Below the pieces are notes generated by a model that made no database searches, had not been told where the DNA came from, and was given only the letters and a program-made list of their open reading frames with translations. A DNA stretch of 64,000 nt from an uncultured Candidatus Micrarchaeota archaeon (GTDB lineage: Archaea > Micrarchaeota > Micrarchaeia > Anstonellales > Bilamarchaeaceae), in the NCBI GenBank assembly GCA_963800555.1, contig CAWDBH010000008.1, positions 113,117 through 177,116 on the forward strand. Direction: 5' to 3'. A program made the position numbers and the translations under genes. Below are positions 46,667 to 56,900 of the stretch, piece by piece (within the stretch, counting starts at the first letter, position 1; each line of letters begins with the position of its first letter).

Positions 46667-47185
46667 ATGACTATGAAACATGGTTCCGGGCCGCGGCAGG
46701 ATGCACGGCAAAAACCGGCATTTGAAGGAAATCTGTTGAAGACGCACGAAGTCCAGGTCAATCTCATATACATGCGGGGAGGCCAACAGGTCACGGAAAC
46801 CGTGGTCGTGCCTAAATCACTCATCACCGCAATGGCAGACCCGGGGGAGAGCAGCATGGGGCCCATGGAAGCCATGGAAAACCTCAGGGAGTTCAACAAC
46901 CTCAGGCTCGGCCCGGAACTCATATCGCTCAGCGAGCGTGGCGGTGTTTCGGTCCCGGCGGCCATCCTCGGATCCCAGGTGCAGCACGCGTATTCTGTGC
47001 ACGCGGTCATCGCAGCGGCGGATAAAAATATATCCGGCAGCCTCATGCTCCAGCACCCGGAAGTCAAGAAAAGGCTGAGGACGATCGCCGCCACCCTGAC
47101 CGGGGTCTCTTTGGATCAGGTGAAGGAACTGGAATCTCAGGGAAACTACCGTGTGGGTGGGCAGGACGGTCATCGTGAGGTCTAA
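46667..47185 (+). CDS. Hypothetical protein (172 aa), operon member
   Basis: The ATG is 4 nt after the AAA stop, with SD 'GGGTGAT' upstream. No recognised domain. Confidence 0.45.
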   Translation: MTMKHGSGPRQDARQKPAFEGNLLKTHEVQVNLIYMRGGQQVTETVVVPKSLITAMADPGESSMGPMEAMENLREFNNLRLGPELISLSERGGVSVPAAILGSQVQHAYSVHAVIAAADKNISGSLMLQHPEVKKRLRTIAATLTGVSLDQVKELESQGNYRVGGQDGHREV

Positions 47186-47186
47186 T

Positions 47187-47477
47187 GTGCCGACCATAAG
47201 TTTCAAGACGCAGAGGATCAAGTGCGATATGGGAAGCCATACCGAAGAGAGGGAAATGACGCTCCCTGCGGAGACCAGCGTCGCCGAGGCGAAGAAAGAG
47301 CAGGAGCAGAGGATAAGGCGGCTTCCGCAAGTGCAAGGCCAGCTCGAAGACGCATTCGGCCAGATAGAATCCTTGCGCGGCAAGCCATTGAATCCCGATG
47401 AGAGGAACGCGGTCGTCGCGCATCTCAACCTCACTTACATAAAAGACCCGAAGCAAAGGCTGATCGTGGCTCCGTAG
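47187..47477 (+). CDS. Hypothetical protein (~96 aa), operon member
   Basis: The GTG at 47187 is 1 nt after the upstream TAA, with 'GAGGT' 5 nt upstream. The product begins (M)PTISFKTQ. The track ORF begins earlier, at 47151, inside the upstream gene. Confidence 0.4.
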   Translation: MPTISFKTQRIKCDMGSHTEEREMTLPAETSVAEAKKEQEQRIRRLPQVQGQLEDAFGQIESLRGKPLNPDERNAVVAHLNLTYIKDPKQRLIVAP

Positions 47478-47485
47478 GTGTCCTT

Positions 47486-48688
47486 TTGCCGACCATAAAA
47501 TTCCAGCCCAGCGAGATGCGCTCCATGCTGGCGAAAAGCATGGGCAAGATGCGCATGCTCAGGAAGAAATCCATCATCGAAGGGAAAATGGGTCCAGAGA
47601 AGGGGGAGTACGCGAAGGAAGTGGTATGCGCGGCATCGTTCATAGACTCGCTCTGGAACGAAGAGCGCATCAAGAGCACGGTGAGCGCGTTGATCGACGC
47701 TTATAACGGGGACCCTGCGCTAGCCAGATACGATAGCACGCAGGAAGCGTGGTGGGCCGAGCAGGAGGAAGGGGCGGCATTCCTCCGGACGCTGCATACC
47801 ATGACCGCGTATTGCCTCCGCGGGGCGGCATGCGGGCCTGAGGACGCGGCACACATCCTCCAGGTGATGAAGCACCTCAATGAAAGCGAGGAAAGCCGCT
47901 CGGATAAGGATTTCATCCTGCCTGCCTATGGCGGTCTGGGTATCGGATCGGAATACCTGGGCCCGGTTCTCGCAAGCATGACGGGAAACAGATTTCTTCT
48001 GCCGAAAGCGGCCGGGCTCGCTCTAGACCTGGACTGGTACCCGGACGATTCGAAGGAGGGGCTGGCCGAGACATCTAAGGCGCTGGAAGCGGCCGCGAAG
48101 CTCGGGTTCTACAGGATCCTGTTCCAGATGCCTGCGGCCTGCTCTTACGATCAGCTCTATAAGAAATTCGAAGTGGAGGCGGCGCAGACCGAAAGCGGGA
48201 TAATCGGCAGCATATCCTGCAGGCCTCAAAAGGAGGAAGGGAAGCCGAAAACGCTATTCCAGCAGCTTGAGAACGGGGATAAGAAACTCAGCGAAGTCAA
48301 GGATTCCGAATTCGTCCGGGCGGATGATCTGGTCTTCCTTAGAACCCGCTCCACGACAGTCGCGGCGTGCATAGACTCGGTCGGATTCGCTGAAAGGGTG
48401 CTGTTCACTGCTGCGGAAGGGGAGCTCTCAGCGAGCGGAGGCGTCTATTTCCACATCGCTGGAGACAGCGGGAATAAATCCGGGTCCGGGGTTCTCGGGA
48501 TAATCACGGAAAGGTTCTGCGCCACCAGGATGTTGGGGGACAACCAGTTTTCCATCGACGGTTTAAGCGGGATGCTGGATGAACTTACCGCAAAATGCGG
48601 GGCCAAGGCGATGACATTCTACGCGACAGTGAAGAACAGCAAGACCGAAGAGGAGTACGATGTCGAGGCGGTGGAAGATGCCGGTTAG
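47486..48688 (+). CDS. Hypothetical protein (400 aa), operon member
   Basis: TTG start with 'AGGTG' 6 nt upstream. The product begins (M)PTIKFQPS. No recognised domain. Confidence 0.5.
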   Translation: MPTIKFQPSEMRSMLAKSMGKMRMLRKKSIIEGKMGPEKGEYAKEVVCAASFIDSLWNEERIKSTVSALIDAYNGDPALARYDSTQEAWWAEQEEGAAFLRTLHTMTAYCLRGAACGPEDAAHILQVMKHLNESEESRSDKDFILPAYGGLGIGSEYLGPVLASMTGNRFLLPKAAGLALDLDWYPDDSKEGLAETSKALEAAAKLGFYRILFQMPAACSYDQLYKKFEVEAAQTESGIIGSISCRPQKEEGKPKTLFQQLENGDKKLSEVKDSEFVRADDLVFLRTRSTTVAACIDSVGFAERVLFTAAEGELSASGGVYFHIAGDSGNKSGSGVLGIITERFCATRMLGDNQFSIDGLSGMLDELTAKCGAKAMTFYATVKNSKTEEEYDVEAVEDAG

Positions 48689-49445
48689 ATCGATGACCAT
48701 AGACGTGACGGGTAAATGCCAGAACCGCTGCAGATTCTGCTACACCCGGGACAAAGAAAGCGTGATGGCATTCGAGCGGTTCAAAGGCCTGGTCGATGGT
48801 TTCCCATCGCTTGAAAGGGTCGAGGTCGGCGGAGGGGAGCCGCTCCTCAACCCAGATCTGTCCCGCATGGCAGCGTATCTCCTCTCGAAAAAACTCCGCA
48901 CTGACATATCCACGAACGGTCTGATATATCCGGAATGCATCGTGCGGCTGGCTGCAGGGGAGCTGCTGAGCCTGCAGGTCAATTTCCCTGCCGGGGAGGA
49001 GAATGCTTATGATCTGGTCACGCGCACGAGTGAAGGTTTCCCAACCCTTCTGGAAAACGTGAAGCGGCTTGCTGCGACCGGGCTTAGGACGAGGCTGAGG
49101 CTCACCATATGCCCCGAAAACGCATCGCAGCTCGTGCCTGTTTTCCACATCGCAAACGGATTGAATCTGCCCCTCATCGTGGCTCCGGCTCTTCCTGTCA
49201 AGGGAAATCCCGCGCAGATGCTTGAAACAGATGAAATAGACGAATTGCACATGAGGGCAATGATGCTGAAAATGCGTCATCGAGCGCGTTTGGATTTTTT
49301 ATGGTCGCATGGCGAGACGCCATGCCCGGCAGTTGCAAAAGCATACCGATTGCCCTTGCGGATAATGCGGTGCAGCGCAGATATCGGGGAGAAGGTCCAT
49401 GTGGACCCTGCAGGCATCATAAGGGGGTGCGAGTTCCTTGGCTGA
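48660..49445 (+). CDS. Small radical-SAM enzyme with a C-terminal Cys-containing (twitch/SPASM-like) extension
   Basis: 'GKCQNRCRFCY' is CX3CX2C (48717-48740). 'VGGGEPLL'. C-terminal Cys residues 'CPAV...RCSA...GCEF'. ATG 48678 (SD 'GGCGGTGG') or 48693 are likelier starts than 48660. Confidence 0.75.
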   Translation: MSRRWKMPVRSMTIDVTGKCQNRCRFCYTRDKESVMAFERFKGLVDGFPSLERVEVGGGEPLLNPDLSRMAAYLLSKKLRTDISTNGLIYPECIVRLAAGELLSLQVNFPAGEENAYDLVTRTSEGFPTLLENVKRLAATGLRTRLRLTICPENASQLVPVFHIANGLNLPLIVAPALPVKGNPAQMLETDEIDELHMRAMMLKMRHRARLDFLWSHGETPCPAVAKAYRLPLRIMRCSADIGEKVHVDPAGIIRGCEFLG

Positions 49446-52400
49446 AACCACTTTCAAAAGTGAAAAGCCCGTAAAGCCCGAAGAAAGGGCTGCCGGCAGA
49501 CCGAAAGGGTATTGGCAGGGGCTGCTCAGCGATGCGAGCCTGGCGCCAGTGAGAAAGCCGGAACCGAAACCAAAACCGGAGCGGCTGCCCGAATCGCAGC
49601 TGCGCGAACTTTTGTCCTCTCTGGGAAACAGAAACTTAAGCGAGGAACGCGGGGAATATATGTCGGAGAGTGACGTAGAACAGAATGTGCATGTGATAAA
49701 CTCTGTGGCCAATTGGCTCGATAGCCTCGGAGACATCCACACCGAAGATGCCAAGAAAATAATCCAAGCGGCATGGAGGTCACAGTCCAGCATGTTGCAG
49801 GGGAAGGCGTGCAAGAGCATCCCTATACTGCCTTCGGAAGAGCAGGTGCCCATGTTTGAATTAGCTTTAGCGGAGATGCCCGGATCGCGTTCATTCCACG
49901 ATATATTCGATTCGATATCCAAAACATGTCCTGAAACGGATAGATCGAGGCTCGCAAGGGCCGCATTGAATTCAGATCACCCTGGGTTGCAAGAAAAGGG
50001 ATTAAGATTAATATTTTCCTTGCCTGAGGCCGAACGTTCGGAGCTGGTTGTAACCGCGTTGGCAAAAAGCGGGGTGGCGATGGGAGCGTTTGATCGCATC
50101 GAAGAATGCCCCGGACAAGATAGGGTCAGGCTGATTAGTGCGGCATGGGGGTCCCCGTTGCTATCTGTCCGGGAAAAAGCAGTCGGAGCCATACCATCGT
50201 TACCTGCAGATGGGCGTGTCATCGCAATCGAAGTCGTTTTAACGGATACCGAGACCTCAAAAGGCGCCAGAGAAGCGTTTGACTTTGTATTCCAGAACTG
50301 CCAGGAAACAGATAAGTCAAGGCTCATCAAGGCGGGGCTGAAATCCAAGGACAACGATATCGCCAAAAGGTCATTGAAACTCGCTGAAGGGCGGGCGGAT
50401 GAAGCCGAGCTGCTGATGGCAGTGCTCGAACCCGCCATAGAAACCGGCTCAGCGTACCGCAGTAACGCATATCATTATCGGCATAATGTCTCCGCACCAG
50501 AATTCGAGGTCGAGGTGCAGGCCGCAGAACGCGCGTGCAGCATTCCGGAGAACCCGAAGCTCCTCGAGACGGCGAGCAAGGTCATGGCGCAGACATTAGC
50601 TAGCAAACCCAATACCCGGCCAGGCATTCTGCTCATGATCCCGAAGTTCCCTGCAGGATACCGCGCTGATATTATCGAAGCCGCCTTGTCATCAGATGAG
50701 TTAATCGACTCGATACCACTCATCTCCGGGGTTCTCCCAGCCGAACGCAGGGACGCGCTTTGGCATAAGGCAGAGGTGTCGGTCACAAATAAACTGGGGT
50801 GGCGGAGTGTTGATGAGAAACTAGCCGCTACTTTTCCGCTTTTTCCATCTCAATACCGGGTGAATATCATCAATTGCGTGCTTGCGCAGGATCTGAGTCA
50901 AGGAGCCAATTCCAGTCAGACCGTTGACTTTCTGATGTGCTTCAAGACTTGGGAACTCATTTCCGGACTTGACCCAGAGCATCAGGAAAAGAGCTGGAAA
51001 CTCGCCCAGACCGCGATCATAAACGCGCTTAGATACCGGTTAAATTCGGAGATCAGATTGGAAGCAGTGAGGCTTGCAGTCAAACTCCCCACAGTGCACT
51101 CGGAGCCTGTTTTCTGGCGCATCGCGAATTCTACTTATCCGAATGTGCATCAGGAAATGGACCGCTTGTTCGATCTCATGCCATCAGAAAATCAGGTCGC
51201 GTATCTCATGCAAGCGTTTGAATCGTATAAATCTGGTACAAGGAGGAAAGCGTTCGAGAAGACCTTCTCTATGACGGAAGAGCAGCAGATCGAACTGCTC
51301 GAATGTGCGCTCGAATCGAGTTATGAGGACATCCGGATGATAGCTGTGAGGAGGAAGCGGGATATCCCGGAGAAAACACAGATGGCGCTCCTGCCAAGCA
51401 TGATTCATGATACGGACGAAAGAATTCGCATCGAGGCGACGTTGTCTTCGCCAGTCGGAAATGAAGAAATGAAAAAAACAGTGCTGTCGGCGTTGAAATC
51501 AGATGACCAGCTAGTGTTTCTCACTGCGCTTGGGCTCTCAAATGGATTGTTTAGTTCGGATGAGCAGAAAAATATCTCGAGTCGGGCGGCTTACAAAAAA
51601 ACCAAGTCAGCGCTTGGCTCGGGCCAGTATGATATCCGCATGAAGGCAGCGGATGCAATCGTGGCTTTCGATGGGCGCAGAAAATACGCGCTGGTGAAAA
51701 ACGCGCTCAATTCAGATCATCTTGGGGTGCGACAAAAAGGGATTGAACACACATTTGATTATAACGATCCGATGGAGCAGAAAAAACTAGCCAAAAAAGC
51801 ATTGCAATCCCGATACGGGGATAACATAGTTAAAATTGCATTCGAGCTTTTGGCCGAGAAGGACGTTACGATATGTGGTTGGCAGACGCCTGAGCTTCTT
51901 AAGCTGGCAGAGGAAAGGCTCGGGCAATCACTGAAATGGGCGAATGTCGAAGCTAATCAGCATAACACGGAAGCGATTAGTTATTGGAATCTAGAACGCC
52001 AGGTGGACCGCGGCGTGATCGCGCATGCGATGCAGTGGCCATTCCCCCAGAGATTTTCAACCTGTATTATCGAGTGCGCAGCCAGGTCAGGACCGAAAGG
52101 CTGCCTTGCAATCGTGAAAAAGAAAGCTTCGTTCGGTTGCATTAGGGCATATGTGCTGACAAACGTGCTTAACCAAGAGAAGTATTGGGCAGACGCGGTC
52201 GAGATGATCCCATCGTTTCCGGTCAGCGCAGAATATCATGAAACTCGGGAATCCCTGTGGGATACTGCAGCGATAAGCGCGGAAAAGGCGCTCTGCAGCG
52301 GGGTAAAGCCGAAAAAGGCAGGGATGCTCCTAAAGACATTCCCGAAAGAGCACTGGCCAGCGCTTGTGGCGCTCAGGGACAAGGCGCTTCCCGAACCAAT

Positions 52401-53973
52401 AAGTTTTTTTATCGCAGCGCTCGCGGTCCAGATGCCGGAGGAGGCTGGGAGGGGCGCCCTGCCATGGGCGGCTCCGCTAATTGCCACCGGGCTGGATTCT
52501 TCAGACCCTGCCGTATGCCACGAAGCGGTTCTGTGTTACCCCGGGATCCCCAAAGCATATTCATCTGATAGCGCACTGGCGGCCGCGATTGGAAAATTTA
52601 GGGTAATGCTCCTTTCAGAAGATAACACCGTTTCCATACGTGCGTCTGAACGCATCGGAGCATTCCCCAAGGAGCACCAGCCCGAGTTGATTGAAGCCGC
52701 CATGGCATCAAACTGGTGGTATACCATCCTGAATAGCATGCCGCTGCTGCAGAAACTGCCACCCGGGCTTCAAAGAGAACCGTCTTGGGGACTTGCGATT
52801 AATCACGCGAGCATCGCGCATTACTGCCCTGTCGAATCTATCCGCGCATGGGCAATAGATATCGCTGCCGCATTTCCCGAGAACAGGTTTGCGGAAGTAT
52901 TGGCGCACACGACCCCATATTCAGATAAATCCCACCTGGAGAATCTCATCAGGAGAAGGATGGAGATCAAGAAATCAACCATTCCACCCAATGCGGTATC
53001 CTGCATAGCAGAGCTGCCAGAAGGGCGGCGAACTGAGATTTACGAGGTCGCGATAAAATCCATAGCATCCAGGCTTAGCTCCGACGATTCCGCCATTTCT
53101 AAGAACGCATCCGAGCTCATGGGAATATTCCCCCAAGAGCACCAACCCGAGTTGATTGAAGCCGCCATGGCGTCCGGTTGGGGATTCGCCGCTCAGGCCG
53201 CAATTAAGCTTCTGATGGAATTGCCTCAAGAGCTCCAGGCAGAGAAGTCCTGGCTGGCGGCCCAGAAGCAAGCGAAAGCCGCGCTTGTCGGAAAACCGAC
53301 TTCGACCGGAATACCTGCTGATACCATGCTCGAGACGGTCCGGAAGTTCCCCAAACAACGTCAGGAAGCGGTGCTCAGGGATGTGTTTGAAGGCAATCCG
53401 GAAAACGTTTCACTCGAGCTGGTAAAATTAGGTATTGAATGCGATGATACGCAGATTGCGCTCGACGCGGTAATCTCCGCATGCAACCTGGCTGATAATT
53501 ACAGGGCGATGCATCCCCTGCCTGAGGGAAGAAGGAAAGTTCTCCTGCAAAATGATGACCCGGTGTTCTTATTGGTTGACGCGCTAATTCCAGTTCTCGA
53601 TGCGCTAGATTCGAAAGACTATCCGATCGTGGCGAAGGCCTCGGGATGCATAAGCAGATTCCCGCTCCAGTTCCGGGCTGGAATGATAAAATCCCTGATG
53701 GATTCGGGATTCTGGGGTCCGACATTGGATGGGATATCAATGCTGCAGAACCTGCCGATACCCATGCAATCTGAGGAATTATGGGCAGAGGCTCAATCAT
53801 GGATGATATCCGCTTTCTCGCTGGATTCGGATCATCTGCGCCAGAGGGCCGTCAAACTCCTTCCCGGTTTCCCGAAGTCTCGTCTGAGATTGCTGATCAT
53901 GGTTGCAGAGCTGTCAGAATTCGATGACGTGAAGAACAATCTCGAAGAAGCCCGCATGATGGAAAATAAATGA
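49438..53973 (+). CDS. Giant HEAT/ARM-like alpha-solenoid repeat protein (1511 aa)
   Basis: TTG start overlapping the rSAM stop, with 'GGGGGTG' upstream. Reiterated ~70-aa units such as 'C.ETD(K/R)SRL(I/A)(K/R)A(G/A)L(K/N)S.D...' and 'FP(K/Q)EHQPELIEAAMAS.W'. No signal peptide or TM. Confidence 0.7.
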   Translation: MAETTFKSEKPVKPEERAAGRPKGYWQGLLSDASLAPVRKPEPKPKPERLPESQLRELLSSLGNRNLSEERGEYMSESDVEQNVHVINSVANWLDSLGDIHTEDAKKIIQAAWRSQSSMLQGKACKSIPILPSEEQVPMFELALAEMPGSRSFHDIFDSISKTCPETDRSRLARAALNSDHPGLQEKGLRLIFSLPEAERSELVVTALAKSGVAMGAFDRIEECPGQDRVRLISAAWGSPLLSVREKAVGAIPSLPADGRVIAIEVVLTDTETSKGAREAFDFVFQNCQETDKSRLIKAGLKSKDNDIAKRSLKLAEGRADEAELLMAVLEPAIETGSAYRSNAYHYRHNVSAPEFEVEVQAAERACSIPENPKLLETASKVMAQTLASKPNTRPGILLMIPKFPAGYRADIIEAALSSDELIDSIPLISGVLPAERRDALWHKAEVSVTNKLGWRSVDEKLAATFPLFPSQYRVNIINCVLAQDLSQGANSSQTVDFLMCFKTWELISGLDPEHQEKSWKLAQTAIINALRYRLNSEIRLEAVRLAVKLPTVHSEPVFWRIANSTYPNVHQEMDRLFDLMPSENQVAYLMQAFESYKSGTRRKAFEKTFSMTEEQQIELLECALESSYEDIRMIAVRRKRDIPEKTQMALLPSMIHDTDERIRIEATLSSPVGNEEMKKTVLSALKSDDQLVFLTALGLSNGLFSSDEQKNISSRAAYKKTKSALGSGQYDIRMKAADAIVAFDGRRKYALVKNALNSDHLGVRQKGIEHTFDYNDPMEQKKLAKKALQSRYGDNIVKIAFELLAEKDVTICGWQTPELLKLAEERLGQSLKWANVEANQHNTEAISYWNLERQVDRGVIAHAMQWPFPQRFSTCIIECAARSGPKGCLAIVKKKASFGCIRAYVLTNVLNQEKYWADAVEMIPSFPVSAEYHETRESLWDTAAISAEKALCSGVKPKKAGMLLKTFPKEHWPALVALRDKALPEPISFFIAALAVQMPEEAGRGALPWAAPLIATGLDSSDPAVCHEAVLCYPGIPKAYSSDSALAAAIGKFRVMLLSEDNTVSIRASERIGAFPKEHQPELIEAAMASNWWYTILNSMPLLQKLPPGLQREPSWGLAINHASIAHYCPVESIRAWAIDIAAAFPENRFAEVLAHTTPYSDKSHLENLIRRRMEIKKSTIPPNAVSCIAELPEGRRTEIYEVAIKSIASRLSSDDSAISKNASELMGIFPQEHQPELIEAAMASGWGFAAQAAIKLLMELPQELQAEKSWLAAQKQAKAALVGKPTSTGIPADTMLETVRKFPKQRQEAVLRDVFEGNPENVSLELVKLGIECDDTQIALDAVISACNLADNYRAMHPLPEGRRKVLLQNDDPVFLLVDALIPVLDALDSKDYPIVAKASGCISRFPLQFRAGMIKSLMDSGFWGPTLDGISMLQNLPIPMQSEELWAEAQSWMISAFSLDSDHLRQRAVKLLPGFPKSRLRLLIMVAELSEFDDVKNNLEEARMMENK

Positions 53974-56900
53974 TCGTGATGTTCATGGCCAAAACCCGAT
54001 TTAAACCTGAAAACGCCGCAAAGCCCGAAAAGACTGCCGGCAAGCCTTTGAGCTACTGGAATGGCTTGTTGAACGACGCGGACCTTAAGCCAATGAAGAA
54101 ACCGGATCCGAAATTAATGGTGGAGCGGCTGCCGGAATCCCAACTGCGAGATATCCTAACGTCCCTGAAGCACAAAAACCTAAGCGAGGCTCGCGGGGCA
54201 TACATGCAGGATAGCGATGTAGAACTGAATCGGGATGTGATAACCTCGGTTGCCAAATGGCTTGATAACCTTGGAGACCTTCATCCAGAAGACGCCATGG
54301 AAATAGTCCTGGCGGCATTGGACTCGTCATCGGATATATTACGCACAACCGCATACCAGAACATCAATATGCTGCCAGTGAGCGAGCAGGTACGCATTAT
54401 CGAGAAATTGGCTGCCAGACCGTCAGAGTGGTCAAAACTCGAAATGGAGATGTTAGATTGCGTATTCGAAGAATGCTCCGAAACGGATAAGGCCAAGCTG
54501 ATTAGGATCGCACTGAAATCATTTTCCTATCGGTTGCAGGCAATGGCATGCGAGAACATATCCCTGCTGCCAGTGAACGAGCAGGTGGACGCAGTTGAAA
54601 AGATTTTGGCACCTGATCGTCGTACGCGTTCCGAGGAATTTTCAAAATCCATCATCAAAGGTTTCATCGAGGTGCTGGCGCTATGCAAAGAGCCGGCGGG
54701 TCAGGTTCGTCTGATCAACGCGGCATTGGAATCATCGTTGGAAGCGGTGAGGATGCAGGCATGCGAATGCATCCCCATGCTTGAAGCTGGTGTGTGCGCG
54801 GGCGCGATCGAAACCGCCTTGACACGCTGCGATCCGGATACCGCGAGGAAAGCGTTCGAGCGGATTGGGGTATGTTCGCAAACAGAGAAATCGAGGCTTA
54901 TCAAGATCGGGCTGAAGTATAGGGACAAAAGAATCTGCGAGCAATCGTTCGGATTGATAAGCGGGCAGCCGGACGAGGTTGATCTGCTGATGGAGGCTCT
55001 TGAATCGAGCCATGAACTCCCGATGCGCGCAGCCGAACGCGCATGCAGCCTTCCGGAAAACGAAACTCTCCTAATCGCAGCAAGCAAGTGCGTCACACAA
55101 GCATTCCACAAGGATCCCGAAACTCGCGGGGATATCCTTCGCTTGATACCTAAGTTTCCTGCAAAATACCGCGCAGACATGGTCGAAGCAGTCCTATCGG
55201 CAGGAGACCTGATCAATTCTATATCTCTGATCCCAGAAGTCTTACCCTTGGAACGCCGAGCTAAGCTTTGGAACGCGGCTGGAGCGGCAATCTCGTGTGC
55301 GATCAAGAGCGGAGAAGGAATGCCCGTGCATGAAGCGATCAAGCTCGCCATCAAACTTCCGAAAGAGCACTCGCCCCGCGTGTTCTGGCATATCGCAAAT
55401 TCGACCAATACGGATGCGCATCGGCAGATGGTCGCGATGTTGGATATCCTTCCTGCGGAAAAACAGGCAGCATACCTAGTGCAGGCTTTTGAATCGTATA
55501 AATCCAGTTCCAGGAAAGAAGCGTTCGAGAGAATATTCGCGTTGCCGGAAGCTCAGCAGATAGAGCTGCTCGAGTGCGCGCTGGAATCTGGTTACGAGGA
55601 TATCAGGGTCATGGCCGCGAGAGGGAAGCGGGATATCCCAAATAATGCGAGGCTAGTGCTCCTCCCTAGTTTGATTCGTGACCTGGACAGCCGGATTTCC
55701 CTGGGAGCTGTGCTAGCCCAGCCAATCAGCAAAGAAGCTAGGAAAAGTGCCGTGCTATCTGCTTTGGAATCAGATGACATCCTGGTCTTCCTTACTGCTC
55801 TTGACCTCTCCATAGGTTTGTTCAGTCCGGAGGAGATGGATACGATCTCGTGGAGATCGGTTTTCAGGAAGGTCAAGTCTGCTATTGGGTCAAGCCAATA
55901 CGAAGTGCGCATGGAGGCGGCAGAGGCGATAGCGGCTTTCGACGGGCGCAAGAAATACAAATTGACAAAAAGAGCCCTTGGTTCAAGATATCTGGGGGTG
56001 CGGCAAAAGGCGATCGAGCACACGCTTGATTATCCAGATATTAAAAGACGGAATAGATTGGCCAAAGCGGCGCTGAAATCAAAATACGGGGACAACGTCC
56101 TTAAAATCGCATTCGAGCTATTGGCCTATAAGGAAGAGACGATAACCAATATGAAAGTCCCCAAGCTTCATAAGTTGGCGGAGAGCCGGTATCTAAACGT
56201 GCTGTTCTATTCAAATCCTGCCGATCACTATGTTCCCCGGAGCTTGAGATCTGAGGTAGATGACAGCTTCATCGCCCATTCCTATGTTCCCCGGAGCTTG
56301 AGATGCGAGATGGATGACGGCTTCATCGCCCATGCGATGGAATGGCCTTACTCCAATCATTTTTCCTGGCTTGTCGACTGCGCAGTCAGGGCAGGGCCGA
56401 AAGGCTCCATCGCAGTCGCAAAAAAGAGCCTTTCCGATACCAAAGCAATAGAAGCTTACAAGTTAGGGGAGGCGCTAAGCACGGCGATTTACCGTGAGAG
56501 GTACTGGGCCGACGCGATCGCATACATACCTTCTTTTCCTAACGGATGCAATTGGGAATCAAGGGAATCCTTATGGCGCAAGGCATCAGAGAACGCTGAA
56601 AAAGCCATCTGCAGCGGGATAAAGCCGAAAAAGGCAGGGATGCTCCTAAAGACGTTCCCGAAAGAGCACTGGCCGGCTCTGATCGCGCTTAATAAGAAGG
56701 TGCAGCACGGTCCCGCTGCTTTCTACATAGCCGAGCTTGCGATGGAATTGCCGGAAAAGTGCGATAAAGACACCCTGTCGTGGGCGGCGTCGCAGATATC
56801 GCTTGGATTGGATTCATCGGATGCGGAAATGCGCAAGCGCGCGATACTGTCTTTCCCAGCGGCAGGGAAAATCCAGCAGTTTGGCGCGATAGCATGGACC

